Positions 47,690 through 62,934 of a stretch of DNA of 64,000 nucleotides are shown here, in pieces (position 1 is the stretch's first letter; each line of letters starts with the position of its first letter). The notes below the pieces were generated by a model that did not search any database, had not been told where the DNA came from, and saw only the letters and a program-made list of their open reading frames with translations. The position numbers were made by a program, and so were the translations under genes. This DNA is from the human T2T-CHM13v2.0 reference genome, Homo sapiens. The stretch lies in assembly GCF_009914755.1 (NCBI RefSeq), contig NC_060932.1; one strand, given 5' to 3'.

Positions 47690-47763
47690 GCCTAGCACCC
47701 AAGGCCGGCCCTGATCAAGCTCTAGCCTAGCACACAAGGCCGGCCCTGATCAAGCTCTAGCCT
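47690..47763. repeat. 35-bp tandem duplication (1 mismatch)
   Basis: CCTAGCAC[C/A]CAAGGCCGGCCCTGATCAAGCTCTAG twice. Confidence 0.96.
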
Positions 47764-48372
47764 GTTCCCCTGGCCTCACCTCTGTCCATCACTCGCTTCT
47801 GCTTCATGTTTCCCACAAACAACTCTGTTTCATTCTTCTGTGCCCTTGCTACCTAGCACTATATTTGAAGGCCAGAAGCGTCTTCAAATTATAACCATGG
47901 GAAGCATACCACTAAGGAAGAGGACAATGTAACTGAGGCAGTTCTCGGCACAGTCCTTACCACTGTCATCATGATCACCTGCTTGAGGCAGATGCTGGAT
48001 AAGCACTTCGCATTATCTTATTTAACCTCCTCAGTTCACAGATGAGGACACTGGAGATCACAGACAGTAAGGGAGATAATTATATTGGACACACGTTTGT
48101 GTGATTACACAGCCCAAGCTCATATTAAATGCATTGTAATATTTCTTCATAATACAGCTGCTCAAACCACAGTGAATCAGGCACTTGAGCCCGGTGTCAG
48201 CATCTAGGAACCCAAGTTAAGGAGGGTGGCTGCCTAAGTTCATAATCCACTTCTGCCTCTACTTTCTCTAAAAGATAGTAAAGTTACTTATCATTTCAAA
48301 GCTTCATTGTGACTTCACAGAGTTGTCATGAACGTTATATAGAACAACAGATTGGCACATAATAAATACCCA

Positions 48373-48750
<378 letters not shown>

Positions 48751-49554
48751 TCATGGTAAAACTTGAAACTATTTTGTACATGTAATCTAAATGCAATCCT
48801 CCCCAACATTTTAACTCCACCTCAACTTTGCTTTCTTTGAAAGCTTATAAAAAGCTCCAACCTTAATGGACTCTTCCAGTTTTTATTTATCTAAGCCAAA
48901 CACAAATAATTCACCACCACCATCACCCTGTCTTAGAGGAACTCAACTGAGATTGGATAGAGAAACAAATCAGGTAAGTGAATACAGCTTAGAAAACAGT
49001 TTCACTACTTTTGTACATAATTATAAGTACCTGGATCTGTGTAGTGAGGAACTTTCACCATGCATAATAAAGAGAAAAATGTTGTAATCAGTGCATAAAA
49101 TTAAAATAGTTTAATTACAATTTGGTTCTAACAGAATCGACTGCCTAAGGTGGCCATCTTGAGGAAGTGATAAGAGCATCCTGGACACGGAGCCAACAAA
49201 GGATGTTTAAGCAGCAAAATTAGACATTTAATTTTGGAACTTCCTACTTATGAGAAGCCTGGGGCAATTTGTGTGAGTGTTAGTGCACTGAAGAGCTACA
49301 AGAAATCCTTTGTTTTTCAAATAATAGCGGGGAAAAACACGACAGCAATGAAATATGCCTGAGATGGTCTACACTACACACTTATCCTGGTGATTCTAGT
49401 ATCAAAAAAAGAAGAACAAGGTGCAATACTCTGCGCAAGAGTCATAAACTCTTTTGTGGGAAGTAGAGGGTAAATGGGCAAATGGTCGTTTACTTTGGCA
49501 TTGAGGAAACTCCAACTTTGACCAAATTTCAGGGCATTTTCTTAGCCAAAGCAT

Positions 49555-49625
49555 TTCTTTCCCTCCTTCCCTCCTTCCCTCCTTCCCTCCTTCCTTCCTT
49601 CCCTCCCTTCTGTCTTTCTCTCTCT
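49555..49625. repeat. (TTCC/CTCC)n pyrimidine tract
   Basis: Read directly; probably the tail of the adjacent antisense FLAM. Confidence 0.85.
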
Positions 49626-49758
49626 TTCTTTTTTTTTAACAGGCAAAGTCTTGCTATGTTGCCCAGTCTGAACTTGAACTCCTGGGCTCAAGGAGTGATC
49701 CTCCTGCCTCAGCCTCCAGAACAGCTGGGACTACAGGGTGCAGGTGACTGCACCCAGA
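49626..49758 (-). mobile_element. FLAM-like Alu monomer
   Basis: GTCTTGCTATGTTGCCCAG..GAACTCCTGGGCTCAAG..GATCCTCCTGCCTCAGCCTCC..GCTGGGACTACAGG single monomer. Confidence 0.8.
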
Positions 49759-50923
49759 TTCCAATCATTTCTTGATTTGGAAGCAGATATGAGGAAGAAG
49801 CATAAAGATTGGGGGACAGGGGGATTCTGGCATATGGGCCTTAGGATAAAAAAAATAGTTTTCTTTGATATTGATCATTGGCTTGAATATGCTTTGCAAT
49901 TAAGATTTATAGTGAATGTAAGCAAAACCAGCACCTAGAAATCTAAATGTACCAAAAGGAATATTAGGGGATAAGTTGACATTTTATGAGTCTATACTTC
50001 TGAATTCTCTAAAACAGCTTTTAAAATAAGCTATTCTAATTGGATGCAATTTGCAAGCATGAAACATACGTGCACTTATTTCAAGAATTCATATATAAAG
50101 TGAGATTCAGCTATATGCTGTTAAGGATAAATATTCTTGCAGCAAATAAGAATTGCTCTTGCACCCTAACGATGGATCTTTCTAAAGAGAACATTCAAGA
50201 GAAACTTCAGGTGCTTACAACATGCACACAGAACAAACTCTTAATGGCGGGCTGAGCTCCTGCTGCTGGCCTGAAAAACGGGGTCTAAACAACTCCTTTC
50301 ATGGTCGCCTTGCATAGAACCACAGATCTCATAGTTGAAAGGAGTCTTGATCTGCCAGCTCTCTGCCTGAACTATGAACTCGCCACTTAGTGTCCTCCAT
50401 AAGTGAGTGCTGAAAAATCTGTTTGGGTAAATGGTACCTCATGTATTAATTAAGAAGGGTCAGTGCAGGGGAAAAAATACCAGCAAGGCAATCAATTCCT
50501 TCTTTCCACTGCCTCAGATTTGTGCATTTAAACAATGCCACCTCAGTAGGCTCATTTGTCAGTTTAGGTCACTGATTTCTTCCTCATTCAGTCACCAGGT
50601 ACTAGGCAAAACTACCACTTCCTGGTAGAAGAATATGCTTCAGACTACCCAGTGGCTATAGTAAACAAACCATTATCTATTTGGAATACTCTTCTTTCTA
50701 TGAATCTATGCTATGAAAAGCAGAAACTGCTTACGTTGCTTCTGTAAAGTGTGGCAAACCAAATTTAGCCAAGGGGGCCTGGTGCTGTGCCTCACACCTG
50801 TAATCCTAGCACTCTGGGAAGCTAAGGTGGAAGAATCCTAGCATTTTGAGGCCAGGGGTTTGAGACCAGCCTGGGCAACACAGCAAGACCTCATCTCCAA
50901 AAAAAAAAAAATTAGCCAAGAAT

Positions 50924-52274
<1,351 letters not shown>

Positions 52275-53064
52275 GCAAAAGAGTAACACCCTATCTCTAA
52301 AAATGCTCCTGCTAACTATTTTATTCCCAAGAGGATGATGTGTGTGTTTGTTTATGCAAAATATATGGAGATTTTATTACATGCAACCCACATCCCCTCC
52401 CAACCCTTTCATCATGAGGTTCATTTGATGAAAGTCACCATAATTTTGGCTAAATGGTTATGTTGATTAAAGTTAGTGAAAACTATAAAATATGCAGTAT
52501 TAAGTAGAAACCACTGTGCATTGCCAAAGAAACTGCTTTGGGGAATTACAGTGCTTTGTATCATTTGTTTACTTATACACTTTACCTATTTCCCCTCCAT
52601 CCTTTTAATTTACATTATCTTTAAAGATAACAATGTAAAGCTTCAGTCTAGACAACCCTCCCAGCTGATCTGAAATCTGGAATTAGTGGAATTCCAATGA
52701 AGTGCATATAATTCTTGTCTGCTAAGTTTTTATAAGGATCCCCTTAGGTCAACTCCACATTGGCTTCTAGAGTACTGCATGTACAGCAAATTCTGATTTG
52801 TCTTCCCTTCCTCCTCCCCTCAAGGTATGTGTGTAAGCATGATATTTGTTGGTGGTAGCAGTGAAGGAGTGGGGAGTGAGGATAGTGGACAGAGGTTAAT
52901 TAAATCACCCAAATATGATTTGTAGAATATCTCCTCTTCTGGTTTAATTCTTCTTTCCAAGTACAACCACAGGAGTCAAAAGAGCACCTTAAAATTTTCC
53001 AACAACCTCCATTTGGGAGGAATGTGAATTTCACAGAAAGAGAAATTTTTGTGGGTTTTATGTC

Positions 53065-53430
<366 letters not shown>

Positions 53431-54431
53431 TAGAAGGATGTCTCCTGACACACAGTAGGCATTCAATAAATATTTGTTGAAAAAATGAATACATAAAAAT
53501 GAAAAAGTCAGAAATAAATGATTTAACTATAATTTACTCTCAATACCCTTCATGTTGGGCTTGAGATACGTAGTGTCTTGTTTTTTTGTTTGTTTTTTTA
53601 AGTTAATCATTGAAAGACACAACCAGCGTATCCTCTGGAACTTGAAAATAAAGATAAAACATAGTATAAATTATGTGTTGTTTTTCTTTAGTCCTAAGCA
53701 CAGAGCAATTTTGTATTAGATTACAAAATGTCTGATGTCTGGGCATCAGTCAGCAGCAATAGAATATTAAAGATCAGATGGGCTGATTGCTACTGTTTAA
53801 TTAATAACCTGGAGTGGAATCAGTGCCGCTAGTTGGAATATTCCCTTAGCATCAGGGCACTAAATATTTCCATTTAGTGTTTCAATGGATACACTAAAAA
53901 CAAGGGGGAATTACCTTGAAAGACCACCAAGAGTAATGTTGGCATTTTGGGGTCAGAAGTCTCTGATTAAATAGTTTCAAGGTTTGCAGATAAATATTGT
54001 GCAATTCAGGAGATCATAAGCCAACTTTAGAACTTAAAGGATAGTTTTCTAATACATATGGAATAGAATATTTTTCTTCCTCTTTCAGTTATTTTGTAAG
54101 TTAGATAGAAACTGTGAAAACACTAGCACATTGTCAGCTATGTAACAGGCTCAATACATATTAATCAGTGAATCTCTTGAGCTTTTCTCTAGTACCCAAA
54201 ATGAAGCTACTTTCTTAGAATTAGAAAAAATAATGAGTTTTCTGCAACTAGTTACTTTTTAATCCTAATTATGTGCTAACTATTCACGTAGATAATTCTG
54301 ATATGTGGAATAACTAAAAATCTTCCCCACCATGAACAAAGGGTAATGTCCAAATTTCCACTTGGAGGAATAACCAAGCAAAGTATTTCTTTTTCATCAA
54401 GGGCATGTCCATGGTAAAATAAATAAATAAA

Positions 54432-54495
54432 CACATACATGCATATACACACACACACACACACATATATACACACGCACATATACATATATATA
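54432..54495. repeat. (CA)/(TA) microsatellite
   Basis: Read directly. Confidence 0.85.
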
Positions 54496-54789
54496 CTCAC
54501 AGAAATCACCTGTTTTGTTAGCCAAATAATCATGAAACGATTCAAAGTGTAATTATTTCCCAAAAGTAAAAATATAATAATCCAATATAGAGAAAAGTCT
54601 CCACATATTCTTCAAAGGACCACCATCACAGTTGTAACTTCATATCCTTGTCATGGCAGTTCCCCAAGGCAGCATCCCATTCCAAAACGAGGATTCTTTC
54701 ACAAGGAATGAGATCTCTGTGTGTATTACGACAGGATTCCAAAGTTTAGAACTTTTCCCCCTTGCTATTCAGCCTGTTGACAGGATAAT

Positions 54790-55040
54790 AACATCTAATT
54801 TAGCACAGCCATGTGACAGACATGTCCTCCTAAAGTGCTTTACATACAATGTCTCATTTCATCTTTTCAACAAGGTCTGTTATATTAATAATAACATCTC
54901 CATTTTGCTACTAAAGAAACTGGGAGGTCGGAAAGGTTAAGTAACATGGAGGAGGTCACACAGCTAGTTAGCATAGGGACCAGGTGTCAACTTTGGGGTT
55001 TCTTTGACTTTTAAAGCCAGGCTTTTGACTACTCTCATAT
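54790..55040 (-). mobile_element. MIR SINE
   Basis: CTAAAGTGCTTTACATACAATGTCTCATTTCATCTT..CTCCATTTT..AAGAAACTGGG..AAAGGTTAAGTAAC..AGGTCACACAGCTAGT. Confidence 0.8.
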
Positions 55041-56314
55041 ACTAAGTCTGGCGTATCCCCTCTTTCCTTTCTTTCCCGAGGGATTTATTCTGTTCTGCAT
55101 TTCATTAAATCTGAAACATACCAACTCTACCACAATCTACATGCAAACAAATAATTCTCCATTTTGATGAAGGGAAAGACTAAAAATAATTCTTTAAGAC
55201 TGAGAACAATATCCACTGACAACTTTGATGATAAAATCTATTTTTATTTTCCCCCTTTTCGTTTTTCAGCCTAATGCAGTTCACTTTGTCCCTTAAACAA
55301 GGTGTTCCACTGCTATTGAGAAACCAATTTTCTCTCAATACTTTATTGCAACATTATCAAGAAACTAGCTACTTAAACAGCAGGTAACCTTCTATTTCAT
55401 GCATAATTACCATGCACTATATTTTGATGTGATCCTAATGGCCCTAAGTACGTTTTAAACAAACCCTCAACCTGCCCAAATGAAAAACATTTTGCTTCCT
55501 CTGTTGCACTTGTGTGGCAATGATAATTAACACATCTTGGGAAATTCGGGCTACATCTGATTAAATCATAACACACCATAAAGGTCTTTACAAATAATCC
55601 TTTGAAGAATCCAGCTGAGAAAATCATGAAAAGAAGAATTATGAGAAAGGAAGCTCATTATAATTTTGTGCCTGGCACTTGAAGGTGAGCATTTTGAAAT
55701 CAGTCAACTTACCCAGAATGCACCTGAATGTCTGAGGAAGGAGAGCTGTCTGTGTGACCAACTCTTCACTCACAAACTCCATACTTCTGTTCAGTTTCCA
55801 GTACCTTTATTATGTCTTTATTTTAGTCAATGACCAAGGTAATGCTGCTCTTTCCTCAGACCAAAAACTTAAAAAGCAGTCATTAAATATTTTTTAAATT
55901 TCCCTTCACAAGAGGAGGTATCTTCAGACTTCCATGCTTAAAAGTTCAGCACTTGAGAGAATGTGTTTATAAATGGAAACATCATAAAATATGGTTTGAA
56001 CTAAACAAAACAAACTTTGGGGGAAAAAGGAAAACCAAACCCAGGAACTAAGCCTGCTTTATTAATTCCAAAGGCCCAAAGTCAAATGAGATGAGCACTT
56101 GGATAACAAGGGCAATCATCCCCTTTAATAATGGAACTATGGCTATTATTACGGTTGTTGCTAATAATGATTGCACTTGCCACTTATTGAGTGCTTACTC
56201 ATGGATTCTGCTACAACAGTGCTGAGAGTTACTTTTAACTCACAGAACAGAAATCTAAAGGTGGAGAGGTAATGAAGCCACTTGCCCAAGATCACACAAG
56301 TGTGTAAGAACAAA

Positions 56315-56570
56315 GTGGCAGATACGTAAAACAAACGAGTCTAAAGATCTGATGTACATGAGGACTATAGTTAATAGTATTGTATTCCATATTTCTGCTA
56401 AATGAATAGATTTTAGCTGCTCTTGCCACACATACAAAAAAATGGGTAGCCATGCAAGATGATAGACATGTTAACTTGCTTCACTATCAACCATTTTACT
56501 ATCTACATATACATGTATCTCTTAACATCATGTTGTATGCCTTAAATATAAACAATAAAATTTACTTTTT
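56315..56570 (+). mobile_element. L1MA-type (L1MA8/9-like) 3' UTR end
   Basis: GATCTGATGTACATGAGGACTATAGTTAATAGTATTGTATT..TAGATTTTAGCTGCTCTTGCCAC..AACATCATGTTGTATGCCTTAAATATA. Confidence 0.75.
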
Positions 56571-56574
56571 AAAA

Positions 56575-56875
56575 TTTTTTTATTTGAGACAGGGTCTGTC
56601 ACTCAGACTGGAATGCAGGGGCATGATCATAGCTGACTGTGGCCTCCATCTCGGGGGCCCAAGCGATCCTCCCACCCCAACCTCCCCAGTAGCTGTGACT
56701 ACAGGCACACAACACCGTGCCCAGCTAATTATTTTGAAATTTTTAGTAGTTTTTTGAAATTTTAAAGGTCTCGTTGTGTTGCACAGGGTGGTCTTGAACT
56801 CCTGGGCTCAAGCAATCCTCCTTCCTTGGCCTCCTAAAGTTCTGGGATTATAGGTGTGAGTCACCATGCCTGGCC
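56575..56875 (-). mobile_element. Alu (AluJ-type)
   Basis: Antisense AluJ; TSD AAAATTTACTTTT. Confidence 0.9.
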
Positions 56876-56918
56876 AAAATTTACTTTTTTCAAATGAGGC
56901 AATAAGTATCACAGCTGA

Positions 56919-57295
<377 letters not shown>

Positions 57296-58110
57296 AATTC
57301 TGCCTTATTTAAAGCAGTAAATATTTGACTGTAAACTACCTATTGTATACAGCTCTGTCTCTTCCTGATGTCCAAACTGTTTATTAAGCAAAAATAAGTT
57401 CTATACCATGGTGGTATATAAAAGAAGGAAAATGCGAAAAGCAGACCCAGTCCAGAGGAGTTACCATCTTTATTGGGAAGATAAGACTTTTACGAATGAA
57501 ATAATTAGGGAAAAAAACAAAGCGGCCACATTTATTACCAAAAGCCTCGGGGCAGGGTCCAAATCTTTTATGAGAAGCCCCATTATTTGGAATCCAAACT
57601 AAGTAAAAATGTGAACAACTGAGATTTGGTCCCTTCCTTGTCATCCCTGTACTGCCACCCAAGAAGATCCTTTTATACTATTTTAAGAGAAATTGAAAAT
57701 AATAAACAAGTAGATTGTCCTCAGGAATTTAATATTTCTTAACGGAATTGAACAGAGTTTTCCAGGGCAATCTCTTCCACCATTCGTTTCCATAGTATTG
57801 TATAGCAAATGGTTGTTTAGCCCAACAAACTAAAAATGTCAACCACAGCCTTGAGACCCTCTAAATTCTATAAAGTGAAACGTCTCACTTTGAAATATGC
57901 ACATTGATCCCAGAGACGCAAATTCTCTCACTTTTAAGGCTATTGTGAAACTAACTCCAGCTTCATCTTTATGGAGCTGTTTCAATGTATAATTTAAGAA
58001 ATCACTTCCAAATACTGAAAAATCCGTGAAAATCCTGCATAAATTATGCATGTTTGCGAGTCCCCTCCCTCATGTTGTGACAGATCTGAGCTATGTGGTG
58101 GTGGCAGTGG

Positions 58111-58160
58111 TGTGTGTGTGTGTGCGCGCACGCGTGTATGTGCATGCACATGCACACATG
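58111..58160. repeat. Alternating purine-pyrimidine tract (Z-DNA prone)
   Basis: 50 bp of uninterrupted RY alternation including GCGCGCACGCG. Confidence 0.8.
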
Positions 58161-58619
58161 GTGTGGTTGAGATGGAAACCTTTCTCGCAAGCTTATTGAA
58201 TATTTCCACCTCCTACAGAGCACTCTGAAGAAATGCACTTTTTCAACATTCAGATGAATGTGAATCAGAACGGCAGTTCTCCCAGGACTCATCTTTTATA
58301 TTGAACGTAGGGTCACTGACAGGATTGAAATGGATCCAAGTTACCTTGATTAGCTGATTTTTAAAAGATTAGAAGCAGCCAGCTATGGACCGGAGGAAGG
58401 AGAACTGATTCTAGTGTCTGCTCTACCACAAAAAAGCCATGAGAATTTTAACATGTTACTTCAACCCTCTAAACCACAGTTTCCTTTTGTGTAAAATGAG
58501 GGATAAACCAGATAGTCTTTAGGTGGAATTCATGAACTGCCAGCCTGCAGACGTATTTGTTTAGCTAAGCTTAACCCCAAGATCTTTTTTATACTGGAGC
58601 ACTATAAAGAGGTTTTATG

Positions 58620-59105
58620 GCATGACTCTCAAATTTTAGTGCATGACAGACTCTCCCAGAGAACCTACACCTGGGCTGTACCCCCAGAACTTCTGACCTA
58701 ATTGGTTTGAGGCAGGGCTCAGGAATCTACATTTTTTTTTTTTTTTTTGACACGGAGTCTCACTCTGTCACACAGGCTGGAGTGCAGTGGCGTGATCTCA
58801 GCTCACTGCAACTCCGCCTCCCAGGTTTAAGTGATTCTCCTGCCTCAGCCTCTTGATTAGTTGGGATTACAGGTGTGTACCACCATGCCTGGCTAATTTT
58901 TTTTGGTATTTTTAGTAGAGATGGGGTTTCATCATATTGGTCAGGCTGGTCTCAAACTCCTGACCTTGTGATCTGCCTGCCTCAGCCTCCCAAAATGCTG
59001 GGATTACAGGCGTGAGCCACCATGCCCGGCCAGGAATCTGAATTTTCAACAGGGGCTTTCAAGGGATTCCAAGGTACTTGGTCCATGGACCACACTTTGA
59101 GCATA
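58620..59105. mobile_element. MER5-type hAT-Charlie element split by an Alu
   Basis: CTCTCAAATTTTAGTGCAT...CCCCAGAACTTCTGA..CAGGAATCT..TTTCAACA...GGTCCATGGACCACACTTTGAG. Confidence 0.75.
58732..59031 (-). mobile_element. Alu (AluSg/Sc-type)
   Basis: Antisense Alu; TSD AGGAATCT[AC/GA]ATTTT. Confidence 0.93.
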
Positions 59106-60243
59106 GTGGGTTAGTTGAAATTCTTGGTGATCTAAGTGCTCACATCACAACTTAGCAGTTACAAACTTCATTGAGTGGAATCCAAAATCTGACTTAAATG
59201 AACCGGAATCACACACTAGAGGAGAGCACATGTGCTGGATGTATCCATGGAGTGCAGCAGTTCTAATGCTGCCACTTTCTGCCACTCACAAGCGGTGAAT
59301 CCTGGGTAATCCGTTTTTCCATCTGGAAAAATAAGGGCAGCAGGATCATCTCACAGGATTCTCAAGAGGATGAGAAATCTCAGGGGGGTTACCTAGCATG
59401 ATTCTTGGCACAGAGAAGATCCTCATGCCCTGTTATGTCTTCTCCTGGCCCCATTCCCTTCAGGGGCACTGCACTGCATGGAGCTGGCCTGCCCAAGAAG
59501 CACGAGGACACCAGGTGTGCACATAGCTTGCCTCTCGTGACCTCACCTGTGCAGGCTTGCCCTCAGCTTCCCGAAAGAGCAAAATGATCTTAATTTGTCC
59601 TGTTTGGGGAGGGAGTGGACTGCAACCACCTGCACTCATTTCAAAACAGACCACTCACTGTAGAAACTGAAAAGAAAACACATTTATTACTCCTCTCCCA
59701 CAATACTACTTCACCTCCCCTGCCCTCAAAGCCTTAGTAAGTGGGCAAATTCCTAAAGTGGAAATTATATGATAAACTTTGGCCAAGCCATAAAACACAG
59801 CCGGGACTAAGGTCACAAAACAGTTACTGATGTATGTTCCCTGATCAAAGCCACTCCATGACACTCACTTTTAGGAGTCAAGGGGACTACAGAAACTTAC
59901 AGGAAGAAAAAAAAGCAACTTTGAAGATAAATTAGAGAAGCAGTCTACTCATGGTCAAAAGACATTACTCTTTGAGCTTTATATATTAATGAAGATTAAA
60001 TTCGAAGTTTATAAGCTCTTTGTGATTATTAATAATTCAATTACAAGGAGGTACAGAAGCCATTCAAATTAATATTGGCGATGAAGGGCTAAAGAATGCT
60101 CAGCACCCCTGCTCTCCACCAAAAAACCCACTCCATGAATTAATTGTGGTCACGTAAATTATAGATGCTTAATCATCATCTGGGTTGAACTCTTTGCAAA
60201 TGGTATCCCCTTTCTTGACATTTTTCCAAAAGGAAATTTTTTA

Positions 60244-60614
<371 letters not shown>

Positions 60615-61051
60615 TGAACAACAGAAAAATGAAATGGAATTGGGACCAGAATAGGCTTCAGGATTTCCAGAGTGCAGTCAAAGGATCCACTGTGTAGCAT
60701 GCAAAATTTTATGACTTTTGCCTATGCATTTTTCAGGGCAATAAATATCGTGGAGGTATATTTACTGTTTTCTACTTGAAAAGCAAATTTGTGGCAAGGG
60801 TGCTGGGCACAAATAAAATTAGTTAAGTGATAGATAGACACAGGAAAGGTCAATTGCTAGACAACAGTATATGAAACCACTCTTGCTCAAATGGTAAAAG
60901 AGGTGAAGAGGTGTCAGGAGAGCAACTTCATTATCCTCTAAGTGCCTTTTTCCATCCCAGTGGGAAAAAAATGCAAACACTCACGCACACATACTATGGT
61001 GGCAAATGCAAAATCGAATACCAATTGCTTTCTTTTGATAGTTTTGATACG

Positions 61052-61411
61052 TGTATTAGTCTGTTCTCACACTGCTAATAAAGATGGGTAATTTACGAAG
61101 GGAAAGGGTTTAATTGACTCACAGTTCGGCGTAGCTGGGGAGGCCTCAGGAAACTTAAAATCATGGCGGAAAGGGAAGCAAACAGGTCCTTCTCACATGG
61201 TGGTGGTAAGAAGTGCAGAGTGAAGAGGGGCAAAAGCCCCTTATAAAACCATCAGATCTCATGAGAACTCACTCACTATCATGATAACAGCATGAAGGTA
61301 ACTACCCCTATGATTCAATTACCTCCCACCAGATCCCTCCCATGACACATGGGGATTATGGGAACTAAAATTCAGATGAGATTTCGGTGGGGACACTGCC
61401 AAACCGTATCA
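61052..61411 (-). mobile_element. THE1C (MaLR) solo LTR
   Basis: TGTATTAGTCTGTTCTCACACTGCTAATAAAG...GGGGACACTGCCAAACCGTATCA; 5-bp TSD ATACG/ATATG (CpG decay). Confidence 0.9.
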
Positions 61412-61949
61412 ATATGTTTCACTAGAAACCAAAGAAAGGCTCAGAAAACCAAGAACAGACACATGTTGACCTTACCTTAAGCCTGAATGATAATTTTCAA
61501 ACACAAACCATGTAGTATTTTAGAACCATTGTAAAATATTTGATTCTGTGAGAAATTAAGTGCTGGTGTTTCTGTGTGGAAGTGAAATCTCTCTGGATAC
61601 CCCTCCTTGATTCAATGTGGGCATCCTCATGAAACAATAAACTGATGGTAGCACATGATACAAGACAAAATGACAGGAGAGTGGGAATTGCAGTAAGTCC
61701 CTCCTTTTCCACTGTAACTGCTAGTGGAAACCCTCTTGGTTTGAGGGCATTGGTTGATCCTCAGTGTGGTTCTAACCAGTGTTGTATGGGAATATATAAT
61801 CTGTGTGAACAAACAGATGAAAACTCTGGCAAACTTCAGGATCTCCATCCCCAAAGGTATTGATGGCTATGTGCAAATTAACAGCTATACTAGTGCAAAT
61901 TAAAAGCACACTAGTTTAACACAGGGCCTCTACATCTTTTTTAAAAAGT

Positions 61950-62200
61950 CACTTTGGGAGGCTGAAGTGGGAGGACTGCATGAGCCTAGGAGTTCAAGAT
62001 CAGTCTGGGCAACATAATGAGTCCCTGACTCCAAAATAATTTAAACATTTCCTGGGCATGGTGGTGTCTGCTTGTAGTCCTAGCTACTCAGGAGACTGAG
62101 CATGGAAGATTGCTTGAGCCCAGTAGGTCAAGACTGCACTAAGCCGTAATCACGCCACTGCACTCCAGCCTGAGTGACAGAGCAAGACCCTATCTCAAAA
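61950..62200 (+). mobile_element. 5'-truncated AluJ
   Basis: Starts CACTTTGGGAGGCTGAAG; J-type TGCTTGAGCCCAG; tail grades into purine repeats. Confidence 0.88.
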
Positions 62201-62230
62201 GAAAAGAAGAGATGAAAGAAAAGAAAAGAG

Positions 62231-62315
62231 AAAGGAAAGGAAAGGAAAGGAAAGGAAAGGAAAGGAAAGGAAAGGAAAGGAAAGGAAAGGAAAGGAAAGG
62301 AAAGGAAAGGAAAGG
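62231..62315 (+). repeat. (AAAGG)17 pentanucleotide repeat
   Basis: Counted directly. Confidence 0.97.
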
Positions 62316-62366
62316 AAAGAAAGGAAAGGAAAGAAAAGGAAAGGAGGGAAGAAAGGCAGAAAGCAA

Positions 62367-62450
62367 GGAAGGAAGGAAGGAAGGAAGGAAGGAAGGAAGG
62401 AAGGAAGGAAGGAAGGAAGGAAGGAAGGAAGGAAGGAAGGAAGGAAGGAA
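62367..62450 (+). repeat. (GGAA)21 microsatellite
   Basis: 84 bp of perfect GGAA, counted directly. Confidence 0.97.
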
Positions 62451-62934
62451 ATAAATGTCTTTTGGACCAGTGTAGACCAGCCCAGTGGTTTAGTGCCTTA
62501 TCAGGAAAGTTTTAAGGTAAAAAGGTTATAATTCTTCTCATCCCCTCCCACCCAGGTGGGTCACAAAACTATTCTCATCTTCAAAAATAACTAGGTTTGA
62601 TTAATTAAATATATGAAACATAACAGATAAGCTCTATACTGATCTTAGCAGATTATAGAAGAGCTTTCAGGTTATTATCGTTTAAAAGTCATAGTAGTGG
62701 ATGAACTAAGAAGAGATCAATTCAAAATATACAACTGAAGGCAAAAGAATTAACTGATTGTTGTCTGAGCTGTCCCAGGTTTCCCGACTCTCTGGGATCC
62801 CCCTCCTGCCTTCCCAAGCCCTCTTCCCTGCTGTAGTATCTCCTCCATGCTTCCTCATCTGCTCCATGGCTTCACAAAGCTGCTTTACAGTGAGGTCAAA
62901 ACAGGCTGACACCACAGATTCTCACCACCTGGAA

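Noticed and set aside
48937-48979. Plus-strand 37-nt exon candidate ending in CAG|GTAAGT
   Set aside because: The sequence resembles antisense L2-derived DNA, the peptide is unrecognisable and no partner exons are evident.
61476-61545. Minus-strand 70-nt exon candidate (TTTCTCACAG ... AAG|GTAAGG)
   Set aside because: Stops occur in all three frames, so it is not an internal coding exon. A non-coding exon cannot be supported without RNA data.
62212-62454. KERKG/KEGR repeat ORF
   Set aside because: It is only the translation of the AAAGG and GGAA microsatellites.
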